Origin: the human T2T-CHM13v2.0 reference genome, Homo sapiens
DNA: 64,000 nt
Direction: 5' to 3' (one strand)
Assembly: GCF_009914755.1 (NCBI RefSeq)
Contig: NC_060935.1
The translations under genes were made by a program, and so were the position numbers. Below the pieces are notes generated by a model. The model was not told where the DNA came from. It saw only the letters and a list, made by a program, of their open reading frames with translations, and did no database searches. Shown piece by piece: positions 26,841 through 41,838 of this stretch; within the stretch, counting starts at the first letter, position 1; every line of letters begins with the position of its first letter.

Positions 26841-28904
26841 TAGCCTGAAACAGACTTTTTTCCCCATTCCTCCATTTCTCTCCTTTTCCACATTTCCTAG
26901 AGCACAGGTGACATCTGCCTGTCAGTTACCCTCCTTGCTGTCTCCTCTCCCCCCACAACTGGGGCCTTTCCGGAAGCAGGAAGCACCCCTGGTTTTCCTT
27001 TGCTGATTGCAGTGACTTTTACTCAGTTGGGTTCTGTGGTCAAGTGTCTTCCGGTTGGCCTGTTGGCTGATTCAAAATGTCAAGGTGGGAGGTACCGACA
27101 TGAAGGAGGAGGTTCCTGGCTAGTTGAGGGAGAAAAAGGAGAGGGAGGGTAGAATCTTCACTTGGAGTGACTTGGCTTTTGGAGTCTCACCAACCACAGC
27201 TTGAAAGCATTGGGCAAGTTGCTGGGCCGCTTTTGCCAGCTTGGCTAAGAAGTGACATTACTGGACCCTATCATCTCTTGGCTCTCAATGATGATGAGAG
27301 GCTGCACAAAGGTGCAGAGAGGAGAGAGTGAGGGGAAGCATGGCGTGGAAAGCCTTTATGGAGGAGACAACATCTGTTTCCTCAGTAGAGCACTGGGGAA
27401 CCCATGGTGGGAGAACAGCAGGGTCTGCTGGGCACCTCAGGCTCTGCTCTGGGAACTGTGTACAGGTGGGAGGTGGGCCTGAGCCAGGGCAGCCGGAAGC
27501 AGATTTCTTCTGTGACTGGCCAGGCTCAAACACTAGTTTTATGTTCTTCTTTAGTTAAATACCAGAGTTGTCTGCCCTTTAATTTCCAATGTTCTTGAGG
27601 ATCGGAGAAAACTCACATCTATAAGCCTCGTGCATATCAGGTTCCTGGAGGCTCAGTTGTAAAGTGCACCTGCCTCTTGGGCCCATGCTGCCTTGTTGAC
27701 TGGCCGTGATGCTCATTCCCATTGCCTACTCACCTCCCACTGCTGGAGTGAAACACATTCCATCTGAAGTGAGGCGATGTGCGTTGACCATTGGTAAAAG
27801 AGAGGGCCAGATGAGCTAAGCATTCCACACAACATTTCTAAATGAGATGCCAGATGAAAAATTTGAGGTTGAGAGCTTGCTGAATGGAAGTCCTCCCATC
27901 CTGGCTCTGTTGGGCTCAGAAAGAAGCCTGGTGGATGACAGCAGGGTGAGTACACGGAATCAGTTGATGTGCATGTGCTTTTTATCAGCTATTTTCACCT
28001 TAGGATAAATGAAGACGCTGGTAGCAAATTTTGAGAGATGGGAGTGAGGACGCATGAGAAGAATTAGAGAGAGCAGTAGAAAGCATGGCGTGGGGGAGGC
28101 CAGACAGGGACTGGAGAGGGTGCAGGGGAGACGGGCATGCTGGGGGAGAGAATTGACAGTAGGGTGTAAACCACAAGGGGCTGCTGCCTCTGGGTTTCCA
28201 CAGGCTACTTGCCTACCCCCTAAATTCACCTAGATGAAGAAAGTAAGAGCCTGCAGCTCCCCTCAGTTTTTCTTGGCAGAACAAATCAAATAAATTGCAG
28301 GCTCCTGCAACGGGAACTGTATCATACTTTCTGATTACAAGAGTCCTAAATAATGTTATTCAGTCTGTGGGCTCAATGTGTCATTACTAATGATAATGAG
28401 ACCGTTCTTACTCTTTCTGTAAGTAGGGGATTCAAAACTCCAGGAAGCATTTAACTAGCACCCCAAAATAAAGCAACCTCAAATAGGGCCGGGACTGGGC
28501 CCTGGCTTGCTGACCTGCAATTCTGGCAGTGAGTTAGACTGATCCTTGCTCTTGACCTCTCAGTCATACAAGGGCTGGTATGTTAGGCTCAGGTCCTGGC
28601 ATGGTCTTTTTGATTTTCAAGTGTTTTCACAACTTACTCCCAGTGAGAGAAGAAACTTTTCCTCCTCTTTGGGCATGGGCAGGTCTTTCTAAGCCTCTGG
28701 GAGTTAAAGAATGAACTTCTGAGAGGCTGCAAATCTCCCAAAATTGTGGGCAGAATTTTGCGTGTGCATGTGCCTGGGTGTTTGTCAGGGAGGAGGTTTC
28801 ACAGTGTTTGTGGCATTCTCCAAGGATCCGGATGGTTAAGGATTGCTGCATTAGAGCCCACGTGATCTATGTTAATATCCAGTGAGCTGAGTTCCTTTAG
28901 TGTC

Positions 28905-29311
28905 TGTATTAGTCTGTTCTCTCATTGCTGTAAAGAAATACCTGAGACTGGGTAATTTATAAAGAAAAAGAGGTTTAATTGGCTCACGGTCCCACAGAAT
29001 ATACAGGAAGTATGATGCTGGCATCTGCTCTGCTTCTGGGGAGGCCTCAGAAAACTTACACTCATGGTGGAATGTGAAAGGGAAGCACATACATCATGTG
29101 GCCAGAGCAGGAGCAAGGGACAGAGAAGCGGGAGGTGCCAGGCACTTTCAAACAGGCAGCTCTCACAGGAACTCACTCACTGTCACAAGATCAGCCCAAG
29201 TGGGAAACCCGCCCCCGTGATTCAATCACCTCCCACCAGGCCCCACCTGCAACACTGGGAATTACCATTTGACATGAGATTTGGGTGGGGACAGAGATCC
29301 AAACCCTATCC
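28905..29311. mobile_element. MST-family (MaLR) solo LTR
   Basis: tgtattagtctgttct...gagactgggtaatttataaagaaaaagaggtttaattggctcac...catgagatttgggtggggaca. Confidence 0.85.
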
Positions 29312-31213
29312 ATGCCATAGTGCACAGGCAGCAAAGTAAAAATGAACGCAGTGGGAAAAATACTCCATGGGTGTTTTCTGTGGCTTCTTGTTGAAGCTCC
29401 AAAGACAGTGGGCCAAGTCACTTTAGGGCCATTAAGCTAATTGTTGACCCAGAGTAGGCTCAGCTTAAAGGCAACTCATTGGATTCTCATGAATTCTATT
29501 TCAACTAGCTTGTGAGCATGTGTTCAAGGAGTGTGAGAAGGAGTATGTGTAGGGGAGGAAGACGGGGGAGAGCTGAGTGTGGCTGGAAGTGTATGATACT
29601 GGGGTACACCCATGGTATGAGTCAGAATGGGAAAATGAAAAATGGAAATAGGATGGTCTTACCAGAAGAAAGGCAGCTGAGGTCAGAGGAGTCCCCAGGG
29701 CTGGAATTTAACAGGAGAGGAGTGTTTCAGTTATACATCTGCTGCTCAGGGATAAGGTGATCTTTGTTGAGTCACTTAAACTCTGAGTCTTAGTTCTTCT
29801 TACTCAAAAAGGAGATGTTAATAACTCCTGTCCCATCGCTCCCCTCCCTGAGTATTTTTGTAAGGATGGAATGATAATATATATCAACTTATTTACAAAT
29901 CATATGGTATTTTGTATATGTCAAGTATTTTTATTAGGAGGGAGGATGAGCTAATGGAAGAAACCATGCTACCTGGGAGAGCAATCAATTTTGTGTTGGG
30001 ACCTCATCTGGGTTGCAGGAGCCCGGAGGTGGTCCTTTGCTAGAGATGGGGTGGAGGCCTGAGGCTCAAGGTCAAGCTCAATCTTGAAGCTACTCTTTGT
30101 TGACGGTGGGAAAAGGGGCATACTGGGAAGAGTAGAGGAGATAGAAGCTTTTTGGCAGGAAAAACTAATTGCTTTCTAAATCCCTAGATAGGAGTTGAGG
30201 ATTTAGCATCCATCTCATCTCTATTTTAGGCATTCTCCTTCAACCAGCCTAAAAGCTAAAGGTGCAGCTATACGCAGAATAGCCAAGAGCTCCAAAGTAA
30301 TTTGTCCTGGGGCGTGTGTGTAAATCTATAAAATAAATGATTGAATCAGGGAGCCCTAGATTTCAGGGGGGTAGCTGTTATTTAAGACTGTCTAAGGGGG
30401 ATTCAGGGTGAAAGGAGGCAGCCTGGAACTATTGTTTGTTGAGTTTGTCCAAGCCACATCAAGACCCTTTGCTCTAATTTCCTAGCATCCAAGAGAACAA
30501 ATACAGGACTTAGCACCAGAGAGACTTCTACTTAAACGCTTAGCCCCAGAGTCAAAAACAGAGTGGGTGGCTGAGAGGGAAAAAACAGAGTTAAATATTT
30601 CCTCTGAGTAATGAAGAATGAACTCAGGCCAGGGCTATAATTCATGGGGCCTTAGATGAATCTCCAGCTGCTTCAGCTGTCTCTGCATCTGGGAGAAGAC
30701 CAGCCAAGAGCTCCAGCAGTTGTGGAAGCCAGTGGATGATGGCAGCTCAGTCATTTAACACTCGCTGGGCCTTCCCGGGGGCTTCCTGAAGCCTGTGCCT
30801 TTCTATACTTTGCCTGCTTTGCCCACCTCTGTGGCACAGATTCCAAGAGGAGCAGATTAAACGCATCTGGGATTTTTAGGGATCTTTGGTAAAGAATGAT
30901 GAAGTCCTAAGCTCAAAACATGATAAATTTGTACATCTGTTTTCATGCTGCTGTGTAAAAACCGATTTAAGTCCTAACATGGTAGGCCAATGATTTAGAA
31001 TAGCTAATCTGGGGCATTGGGAGACTTTCCTAAGTCATTTCCCTGCCCATTAAAATCTAGCCCAGATCATAGTGCTTGTCCCTCCACCCCGTTTTTCTCC
31101 TTAATTATTTTCTCCTGTTTTGAAGAGATCCTCCAGGATGCCCAATTTCACAGGTAGGCAGAAGTCATCCTGTGATGACTTCTGTGATGACTTCATCCCG
31201 TGATGAAGAAATC

Positions 31214-31571
<358 letters not shown>

Positions 31572-32145
31572 TTACCTTTTTGAGCTGATCTTCTACCTGG
31601 AACCTGCCGCATCCAGCTGGCTTGACCAGGAAGTTAACACCTCCTCTGGGGACTGTCATGGAGACTAGTATAATAGGAAAGGAAGCCCTCCTTTTGATGA
31701 GTTTCCAGACAAGTGTGGCTGCAGCCCAGTCTCGGGAAAAGGGATGAACACACAATTAGCAAAGGGCAAGCGAGTTCAAATGGACTCTGCCTATGCTGGA
31801 AATGGGATGCATATATGCCAGAGGAACTAACAAAAAAGAGCAACCAGAGCTGTGTGAGTTAAGTCAAGGGGCTTCCTATAGGAAGTGAGGGTTATATAGG
31901 CAGGCATGGATGAGGCTGAGAGGCCATTCTGTATGGGAGGAAAGGCTCACATAAATACGCATGCTGAAAGAACACTTTCTGAGCAGGAGCACTCAAGCTA
32001 ATGAATTTAGCTAGGGCCAGGCTTTCAGATGAAGAGTAAAGAGAAACGATTTCATGAGATGAGTAGAGAAACTGGCTGGGTAGCCTTAGGCAAGTAACTT
32101 CCTTTCTCTGGACCTCAGCTGCCACACCTATGGGATGAAGGTAGT

Positions 32146-32235
32146 GGGCTAGGTGACTAGGGTACTAGGCTAGGTGACTGGGGTATTGGGTTAGGTGACT
32201 AGGGTACTGGGCTAGGTAACTAGGGTGCCAGGCTA
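32146..32235. repeat. 21-bp degenerate minisatellite (GGGCTAGGTGACTAGGGTACT), about 4 copies
   Basis: Direct reading. Confidence 0.85.
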
Positions 32236-35077
32236 AGGTTTTTGTCAGAGAGATGTAGAAATACATAATTATGAGAGAAGTATGTCAGGCACTCGCTCTA
32301 TGAGAGAGCCACATTTTCATTGTGGAGATGAAGTATCTTGTCCAATATTTTACAGACTGTAAGGGACCAAGCTGGATTAGAATTGGGTTGATTCATTTGC
32401 TCAGTATCTTTGGAGCGCCCCTGTGAGCCCAGCACTGTGTCAGGCTCTGGGAGATATAACAGTGAACGAGATGGGGAAGGTCCTGCTCTCATTTTAACGG
32501 AGGGAAGTCAGTCAAGAAAAAAAAAAAAGATCTAAGTGAGCAAAATAGGTTTAGATAGAGAGATAGAGGTAAATGCTAGTGGACAAGACAAAACATGCAA
32601 TCATGATTGTGACTTGGGACTTCTCAGATTGGGCGGTCTGGGAAGGCCCCTCTGAGGGGGCTGTACTTGGGCTGAGACCTGGAGGCTGTGAAGAGGCCAG
32701 CCTAGTTGGCGAAGGACAGAAAGGCCAAGCTGGGGGTCTTAGATCTGACAGATGGCTTAGTCCTCTGGGGGAAGAGCTGCTTTTTAAAAAATTTTCATTT
32801 TCATACATTGACAGGGAGTTGCTTTTTATTTTCCAGGGATGTTAAGATCATGGAGGGCAGGAGAAGCGAGAACTCCATGGCGGTTGTGGAGTCCCGTTAT
32901 GGAAGTGGGACGTGGGAGCCAATGTGAAAGCTCCCGAGCAGAACTGGGAGAGGACACGCCCCAGAAAACTTCAGAAGGTGATGACAGCAATCAGCTTGGA
33001 GGGCCTAGCAGAGACTGATAGCACTAGGAGGAGTAATAATAATAGCACATAAGAATATTAGCAGTACTATTCGATAATATTTAAGGAACTTTTAAAATAT
33101 ACCAAGCATTGCCAAACACTTTGGAAGTATAATATTAACTCATTTAGTCCAGGCAGTGGGTAGAATTTGTATCCCCATTTTAATAATGAGAAAAGTGAGG
33201 CTTAGAGAGGTACAGTAATTTACCCAAGATTGCACAGCTAAGATCTGGTGGAGGCATGCACACAGGGCCCTCTGATCATGGGCTCTAAATCACTGTACTA
33301 TGTTCCCTTCCATAGGCCTCAATCAGTCATGTAATATTTGACCTGGTCGTTATCTTAGGTATTATCTAGACCACAGATTTTGGATGCAGTTCTCTGGCTG
33401 AAGACCTCTGAGCTAGGATAACCCCTTCTCTTTTGACAGACGAGTCAGAGAATCAGATCAGTGATAGAAGTGGAGTGCCAATCCTGAGTATCACCTCTAC
33501 TCAAGTGCTCAACATATCCCTAGATCCTCAATTCCCTGGCAAAAGTGATTGGATGGAACCACAGGCTTCCAAGAGGGGACAGTCAAGCATTAAATACGAG
33601 AATGCACATATAACTCTTGGTGCAATGTTTAGCACATACTAAGCCTGCAATACATGCTAATCCCTTTGAGCAAATCCACATGGCCAGTTTCTGTGCTCAG
33701 GGGTGAGAATAGCTGGGCTGTGATTGGGGCAGGGGGAGCACTAAGTGGGAGGGACTTCCTGTCTCCGGTCCCTGCCATCTTGACTGACATGCTGCAGCCC
33801 TTGCCAAAACCCATGGGTCAGAATGAAAGTAAAGTGCCGTTGAAAACCTTGCAATCCACCTTTAAAACTGCCGGGTGTAGTAAAACAATTGCTTGCCCCA
33901 AATAAATGACTTATCATTGCTGTTGGTTGTCTGCGTTTCTCTTTAATTATAGGCCCTCTTTGAACGCTCAAACACACAGGGCCTTTGTAAGCTTGAACTC
34001 CCTGTCTCACACACAGTCCTCCCATACCCATACACTCTCTTTCATTTGCAGAGTATAAACACCCATCTCTCACTCATTCACATAATGAATTTCAGCTCCT
34101 TGTGTCCCAATCAAGGAGAGGCCTCACTGGAATTATGGGCATCTGAGCCATCTTCATGTTCCAAGGCCCCAGGGGGCGCTTCCAAGAGTGGATCCTTTAT
34201 GGGGAGAAGATAATGGGCAAAAAGTGCTCTTCACTGATGGACCAGTCCCAGCCTTTTCTCTCCTTGGACAATAGAGTTCTTCCCTTGAACAGCCACTTCC
34301 CTAAAAAAAATTCCAAAATTCTCCCACATCATCCCCTTTATGCTTAAAATCATCACACACTCCCTTCTTTGTCCTCCCCTCTTGCAAACTCAACTCAGAG
34401 CCCTTTGGCTCCAGAAAGATTTTCTAGGTATCAGGAGAGAGTAGCAAAGCCTCCCTCCTCTCCTTGCCTTTCTCCCTTGTCAGAGAAAGAAGTTGATTCT
34501 GTGGAGAGGTAAGAAGGATCTTGAGGTCTAGAGCCTGAAAAACTCCTTGGGCTGTTCTCCAAACTAGATGGGAACATAAGGTGCGATTGCATCTTCTCCA
34601 CCTGATACTCACTCGGCCTCCTATGCCAGTCCCCAGTCCAGGGTTTGGTCAAGGGTCAAATGAGATAATTTCATGGAGGAAGCCTGGCCCCATTTTTCTA
34701 CTGTTTGCTGGAAGACAGCCTCTTCCTCTTGTAACTGCAGCCCCAGAACCTGATCTCCACATCCCTGCCAGGCAGGTAGCTGTGTACAAGGGCTCATCTT
34801 CCTGCCCCCAACCCCAGCTCTGATTTGCTTATTCAGGTGGTGTAAATACTTCTACCAGGACCTATTTCAAGCCATTGTGATGTCCCTGACTGGGGAGATG
34901 CAGGGCAGCACACCATTTAATATTTCCCTCACATTTCCACCCCATTCTGCACTCTTTTCTGGGAGTTGCTGTCTCAGAGGGTTGGCGGTTCTGGTGGCTC
35001 AAGACCATAAGTAATTATCAAATACTTAGGAAGCGACGGGTTTTGAGTATTTATTACCTTTTAAAAATGTACTTTGT

Positions 35078-35672
<595 letters not shown>

Positions 35673-36059
35673 CTTTGTTTAATTGTAAGTGTGTTTAGTT
35701 TAATTTTTAATAATGTCCGTGATTAACAGCTGGCTGGCAAGATTCCTGAGAACTGAAGAGTTTGCCCCAGCCCATCCAGCACACCATGGGCCCAGGGCAG
35801 ACCTTGGGGCTAGGCGGTCTTGGGTTCCAGAGGGCTCCCATGCCCCTGTCCTATTGCTCTTCTGGCAATAGGACATTTACGCGGGGGGGGGGGGGTGGTT
35901 CTTGATTCTGGGTCTTTTAGGGGACTCTGTGATTAAGAAACAGCAGGGATGTTGCAACAGCAGGGATGAGGTGGGCCTGGGGACGGGTCAGTGAAGGGTC
36001 TTCATTCCTAGCTGCTGACCTGATCTGCCCTGAGATAAAAGACTAAGACCCAGAGAGTG

Positions 36060-38050
36060 AACGCTGTCCGCGGGGGCAGAAGCGAGTGAGGCGTCGGGAC
36101 AGTGGGGCATAACCAAGAGCAAAACGCAAACTGAGACTTCAGCGCCGGTTTCTCGGGCCAGCCCACGCCTCCTGCCTCAGCTCAATGCCACTCCCTCCCC
36201 GCCAAGTGGCTCTCCGCTCTGGAGGCGGGACCGAGTTCTCCGGTGGCCCCTGGAGGCTCCGGCAGCGAGCTCTGGGAGGCTGGGAGGGGAGTGAGGGGAG
36301 GGGCGCTGACTGGGCCGTCCAAAGAGGAGGGGGCCTTTAATAGGCTCGCCCAGCGCCTGGCTTGCTGCGCTGCGAGTGGCTGCGGTTGCGAGAAGCCGCC
36401 CGGCACCTTCCGCTAGTTCTCGGCTGCAAATCTTCGTCCTTGCACTTGACAGCGATTGTACTTAAGCTCCCAGGGCGCGCTTTGCTTGGAAAGGCACAGG
36501 TAGGAAGCGCGGGCTGCCGGGTGCACGCTCGCCGCCCTGGGAGGAGTCTCCCTCCCTTGGCTCTCCTTTCTGGGAACTGCCGGCTGTCCCGTAGCGTTGG
36601 CGGTTCCAGAGTGCGGGCTGCACGGAGACCGCGGCAGCGGCCGGAGAGCCCGGCCCAGCCCCTTCCCACAGCGCGGCGGTGCGCTGCCCGGCGCCATGCT
36701 TCTGCTGGGCATCCTAACCCTGGCTTTCGCCGGGCGAACCGCTGGAGGCTCTGAGCCAGAGCGGGAGGTAGTCGTTCCCATCCGACTGGACCCGGACATT
36801 AACGGCCGCCGCTACTACTGGCGGGGTCCCGAGGACTCCGGGGATCAGGGACTCATTTTTCAGATCACAGCATTTCAGGAGGACTTTTACCTACACCTGA
36901 CGCCGGATGCTCAGTTCTTGGCTCCCGCCTTCTCCACTGAGCATCTGGGCGTCCCCCTCCAGGGGCTCACCGGGGGCTCTTCAGACCTGCGACGCTGCTT
37001 CTATTCTGGGGACGTGAACGCCGAGCCGGACTCGTTCGCTGCTGTGAGCCTGTGCGGGGGGCTCCGCGGAGCCTTTGGCTACCGAGGCGCCGAGTATGTC
37101 ATTAGCCCGCTGCCCAATGCTAGCGCGCCGGCGGCGCAGCGCAACAGCCAGGGCGCACACCTTCTCCAGCGCCGGGGTGTTCCGGGCGGGCCTTCCGGAG
37201 ACCCCACCTCTCGCTGCGGGGTGGCCTCGGGCTGGAACCCCGCCATCCTACGGGCCCTGGACCCTTACAAGCCGCGGCGGGCGGGCTTCGGGGAGAGTCG
37301 TAGCCGGCGCAGGTCTGGGCGCGCCAAGCGTTTCGTGTCTATCCCGCGGTACGTGGAGACGCTGGTGGTCGCGGACGAGTCAATGGTCAAGTTCCACGGC
37401 GCGGACCTGGAACATTATCTGCTGACGCTGCTGGCAACGGCGGCGCGACTCTACCGCCATCCCAGCATCCTCAACCCCATCAACATCGTTGTGGTCAAGG
37501 TGCTGCTTCTTAGAGATCGTGACTCCGGGCCCAAGGTCACCGGCAATGCGGCCCTGACGCTGCGCAACTTCTGTGCCTGGCAGAAGAAGCTGAACAAAGT
37601 GAGTGACAAGCACCCCGAGTACTGGGACACTGCCATCCTCTTCACCAGGCAGGTGAGTTGATCTGCCGTCACTTTGCACCCAGATAGTCCCGTTCTTTAG
37701 GGTCACCTCCCCTAGCGCTCCAAATCCCCTTTGTATCGTGCAATGCCTCCGAGTTTAAACCTCGTTGATCTCTTCCGACTCCAACTCTGTGGAGTTTCCA
37801 GGGAGAGCCCTCTCCCACGCTCCGCGGAGCGGCGGCTCACGTGCATCTGGGCCATTGGAGGAGAGCCTGCGCTTTCCGAAGGTGTTGGCCTGGCGCGGCC
37901 AATCAGCGCCTCCTGGATCAGGCGCCGAGGGGCCGGAACCCAGGAAGTTGCCGCCCCGGAGCTGCAGTTTGTGTCCAAGACCGATAGGAGACGCCGTGAG
38001 GATGGTGTTGGAGAGGGCGGGAACGGCCCACCCCTATTGTATGGGCGGCT
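36060..38050. promoter_or_regulatory. CpG island over ADAMTS15 promoter, exon 1 and start of intron 1
   Basis: CpG-dense; TATA-like TTTAATA at 36336-36342 preceded by G-rich boxes; no ATG between it and 36696. Confidence 0.85.
36696..37652 (+). CDS. ADAMTS15: ADAMTS15 coding exon 1 (signal peptide, prodomain, furin site, N-terminal catalytic domain)
   Basis: gcgccATG; MLLLGILTLAFAG; SRCGV; RAKR|FVSIPRYVETLVVAD; WDTAILFTRQ|gtgagt; 957 nt. Confidence 0.97.
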
Positions 38051-40422
38051 GAGTCTTCTCGGACACCTCCTGAGGTCTCCTTTCAAGGGTTGTAGAACTG
38101 AAGGTGATCCAAGGTCAGCGCTTGCTACATTTCTCTCGGGTAACACGTTGTCCCCTCTCTGTACTGGGCCTGGAAAGCCTGGATTGGGGTGGAGGGAATC
38201 ATTGAGAGATTTTGTGGGTTGCAGTGACAGGCCAGACTCAAGTACTGCGAGCATCCCTCCTTCACTGCCGCTTCTCCTACAGACTTCTCTGCTGGGCATG
38301 GTCCAAGAGGCTTCTAGACCATTCTGAGCAGGCGGTGTAGTTAGGGCACCTGTTTGGAGCTGAGACTGTTTCACTTGGAGTTTCAAGTGGAGTTTTACTT
38401 GGAGCTGAGTTGGGAAAATCTCTTCCAATTTTCCTGTATCCTTGCTGTCAGAGGGTGACCCGTTTGCCCAGATGTATACTACAGAGCAGAGCGGGCATGC
38501 TTGCTCCTGCTCCCAAGTCACTAAAATTCCTATGACCACACTTGACTTCAGGGCTCTAGCTTCTGCCCTTGCTGGGGTGGAAGTGGTGTGAGCTTAGTCA
38601 AGAGTATTTGGAGATTCCAGCTGTAGAGTTAGAAGGAAACTGAGTATTGGGATTAGAAAGATGGACCCAGCCCAGGAAGCAGCCCTGCCTTTTGCAAGGC
38701 CTTTCCTGATATTCTATGTCAAAGAAGCTACAAATCTGCAAACGTTTAGATTCACAGGTGTTGGAGTGATTGGGCACTGAGGAGTATTTGGATTCTTGAA
38801 ATTTCTCAGATACAGGAGGCTGGGAGGAAAAGAGCCATCCAAGTGAGCCTCTTCTTCTGATTTGGGGGACTGTGACTTGAATCTGTGCCATGCTCTTTTT
38901 TTTGGTTATTATCATAACCACAGCACTCTGGGGATGGCGTGGAATCCTTGGTTACCTGTGGGGCTCTAACTCTCCACTGTTTCCAAATGGTCACTCAAAG
39001 TTGGACTGGCGCACACAGTCTGGAGCTGGAGTCTTCCACAGTAACCCATTTGGCACAGCTAGTCCCTTCCTGGAGTCGAACTTCCTCTGTTCCCAGCCTT
39101 CTTCTCCTCCCACCACCTGGTTTCTCTAGGGAGGTCTTTGGCCTGAGTCTGTTTCCTTGTGCTCATTCTTCCAACTGAGGTCTGTTGAGCTGCCACTGCC
39201 CAGCCTCTGCAAGCACTGCCTGAGTCATGGGGAAGCTGCAAAGGAGGTGGCTTTGACCTCTGCACACAGACCAGCTTGGCAGTTAGATTGCTGGGGCTTG
39301 AAAAAAAGCAAAGGCCAAGAACAGGATATCTTAATGGGCAAAGCAGCTGTTGCCCCATTCGTTACCTGGGCTGCCCCAGTGCAGGTCACTCACTGGCTCC
39401 AAAATAAAAGACCTCAGCCTCTGCAGCCTGGTGGTGAAGGCTGGCTTCTGGAGTCAGCCCTAGGAGAAGAACTCCTGCTGGGAATAGGGACCATGCCGTC
39501 AGAAGGAGGCCGCCTTTTGAAGAAGAAGCAATCAAACAGCATGACAGCTTCTATTTCTCAGTGGTGTGTGCTCAACCCCCCGGGGGCTGTGTTGTCCATG
39601 CATAATGGGTACAAGATGCATGACCACTGGATCAGAAGCAGTGATGTGCAAAATGTGACTTTTAGAAGCTGCCTTCCCCTTAGGTGCCTAGAGAGCAAAG
39701 CTAGAGAGTGAGGCTTCTGTGTGGTCAGGGCCACCATCAAGGTATGTACTTTATGCTTCAGAGGAAACCCCTCTTCCCCACCTCCTCAGCAGCTCAGACT
39801 TCAGGGCCTACTGCATTCTGAGAGTCTCAGGATCTTCTCACTCCTGATATCTCTGGGGGAAGGTACAGTATTTGATGAGAACAGGAGGGAGTAGCTGCCC
39901 TTTCTAAGATTAAGGCAGATGCGGTCTCCGGGAACCTTAACTGCCCGGAAAGGAGAATATAGTGGTTATACAACAAGTATTTTGACAATTTGAGGAGTTT
40001 ACTTACAGATTCAGAATAAGTTCATGGAGAAAAGTGCACATCTGATTTTGCAAAGTGATCGGTCTCCAGGCTCATAACAGCAGGGTGAGGTCAGCACAGG
40101 ACTGGAACCAGGATCTGCGAAGAACTAGAGCCAGAGTGTTTCTCATTTATTTCTATGAGGAGAAAAGTTTCTTTGGCTTCTTGTTGCATTGGGCGGCAGG
40201 AGCCAGGTATTTAATGCCGAGACTTGGTAGGCCCTCCCTCATTCCCTGAGACTTCTCTGTCTTTAGGTCCAATAACGCTGCCGTTTGGGTGACCCTTTGT
40301 GGTAGAATGGCTTTCATTCATTTATTTGTACACTCTTTTAATACTTGTTGAGCATTACTTATTATTATTTCTAGGTACTACCCTGGGCTGTGGAGCTACA
40401 AATTGTAATAAATTGTGGCCTT

Positions 40423-40728
<306 letters not shown>

Positions 40729-41001
40729 TCAGGTCCCCAGGAATTCACCATGGGATGGGGAGCTTACAAGACAACAGCTAATTTCAGCAGGTTGTGCTAA
40801 GTGCCAGACCAGCCCTGTTGGGGAGGAGGGGCGTTCTCCTGAATGCTGAAGCTAAGGAAGTGCTCCAAGGGACGGGAGCAGGAAGGGCACTGGCTGCGGA
40901 GTCGGGGCTGGGGAGGGGAGCTTGTTTTCTATGTCGTCAGATGCCCTCTCCTCCATTCCACTTCTGCTTTGCTCTCTGTGACCTTTTCTCCTTTGGACTG
41001 A

Positions 41002-41187
41002 TTTTTTTTTTTTTTTTAGGACTTGTAGTTTATGGTTTTACTGTCTGTTTCTTCATTTCTTTCTTCTTTTTTTTTAGGACTTGTATTTTATGGTTATTCT
41101 GTCTGCTTCTTCATTTATTTCTTTATTTTTTTTAGGACTTGTATTTTATGATTATTCTGTCTGCTTCTTCATTTATTTCTTTATTTT

Positions 41188-41190
<3 letters not shown>
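41002..41190. repeat. About 57-60-bp T-rich tandem repeat x3
   Basis: tttttaggacttgtattttatg(g/a)ttattctgtctgcttcttcatttatttcttta repeated. Confidence 0.85.

Positions 41191-41838
<648 letters not shown>

Noticed and set aside
31172-31208. Three RTGATGA motifs resembling snoRNA box C
   Set aside because: Intergenic; no suitably placed box D or terminal stem; explained by local duplication
36334-36344. CCTTTAATAGG as an SRF CArG box
   Set aside because: Seven A/T bases rather than six; better read as a TATA-like element
36597-36695. 33-aa in-frame N-terminal extension of ADAMTS15
   Set aside because: Starts at TTG; the ATG at 36696 has good context and directly begins the signal peptide
37712-38539. 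275-aa antisense ORF and 198-aa sense ORF in ADAMTS15 intron 1
   Set aside because: No recognisable domain; lies at the CpG-island edge; no supporting evidence in the sequence
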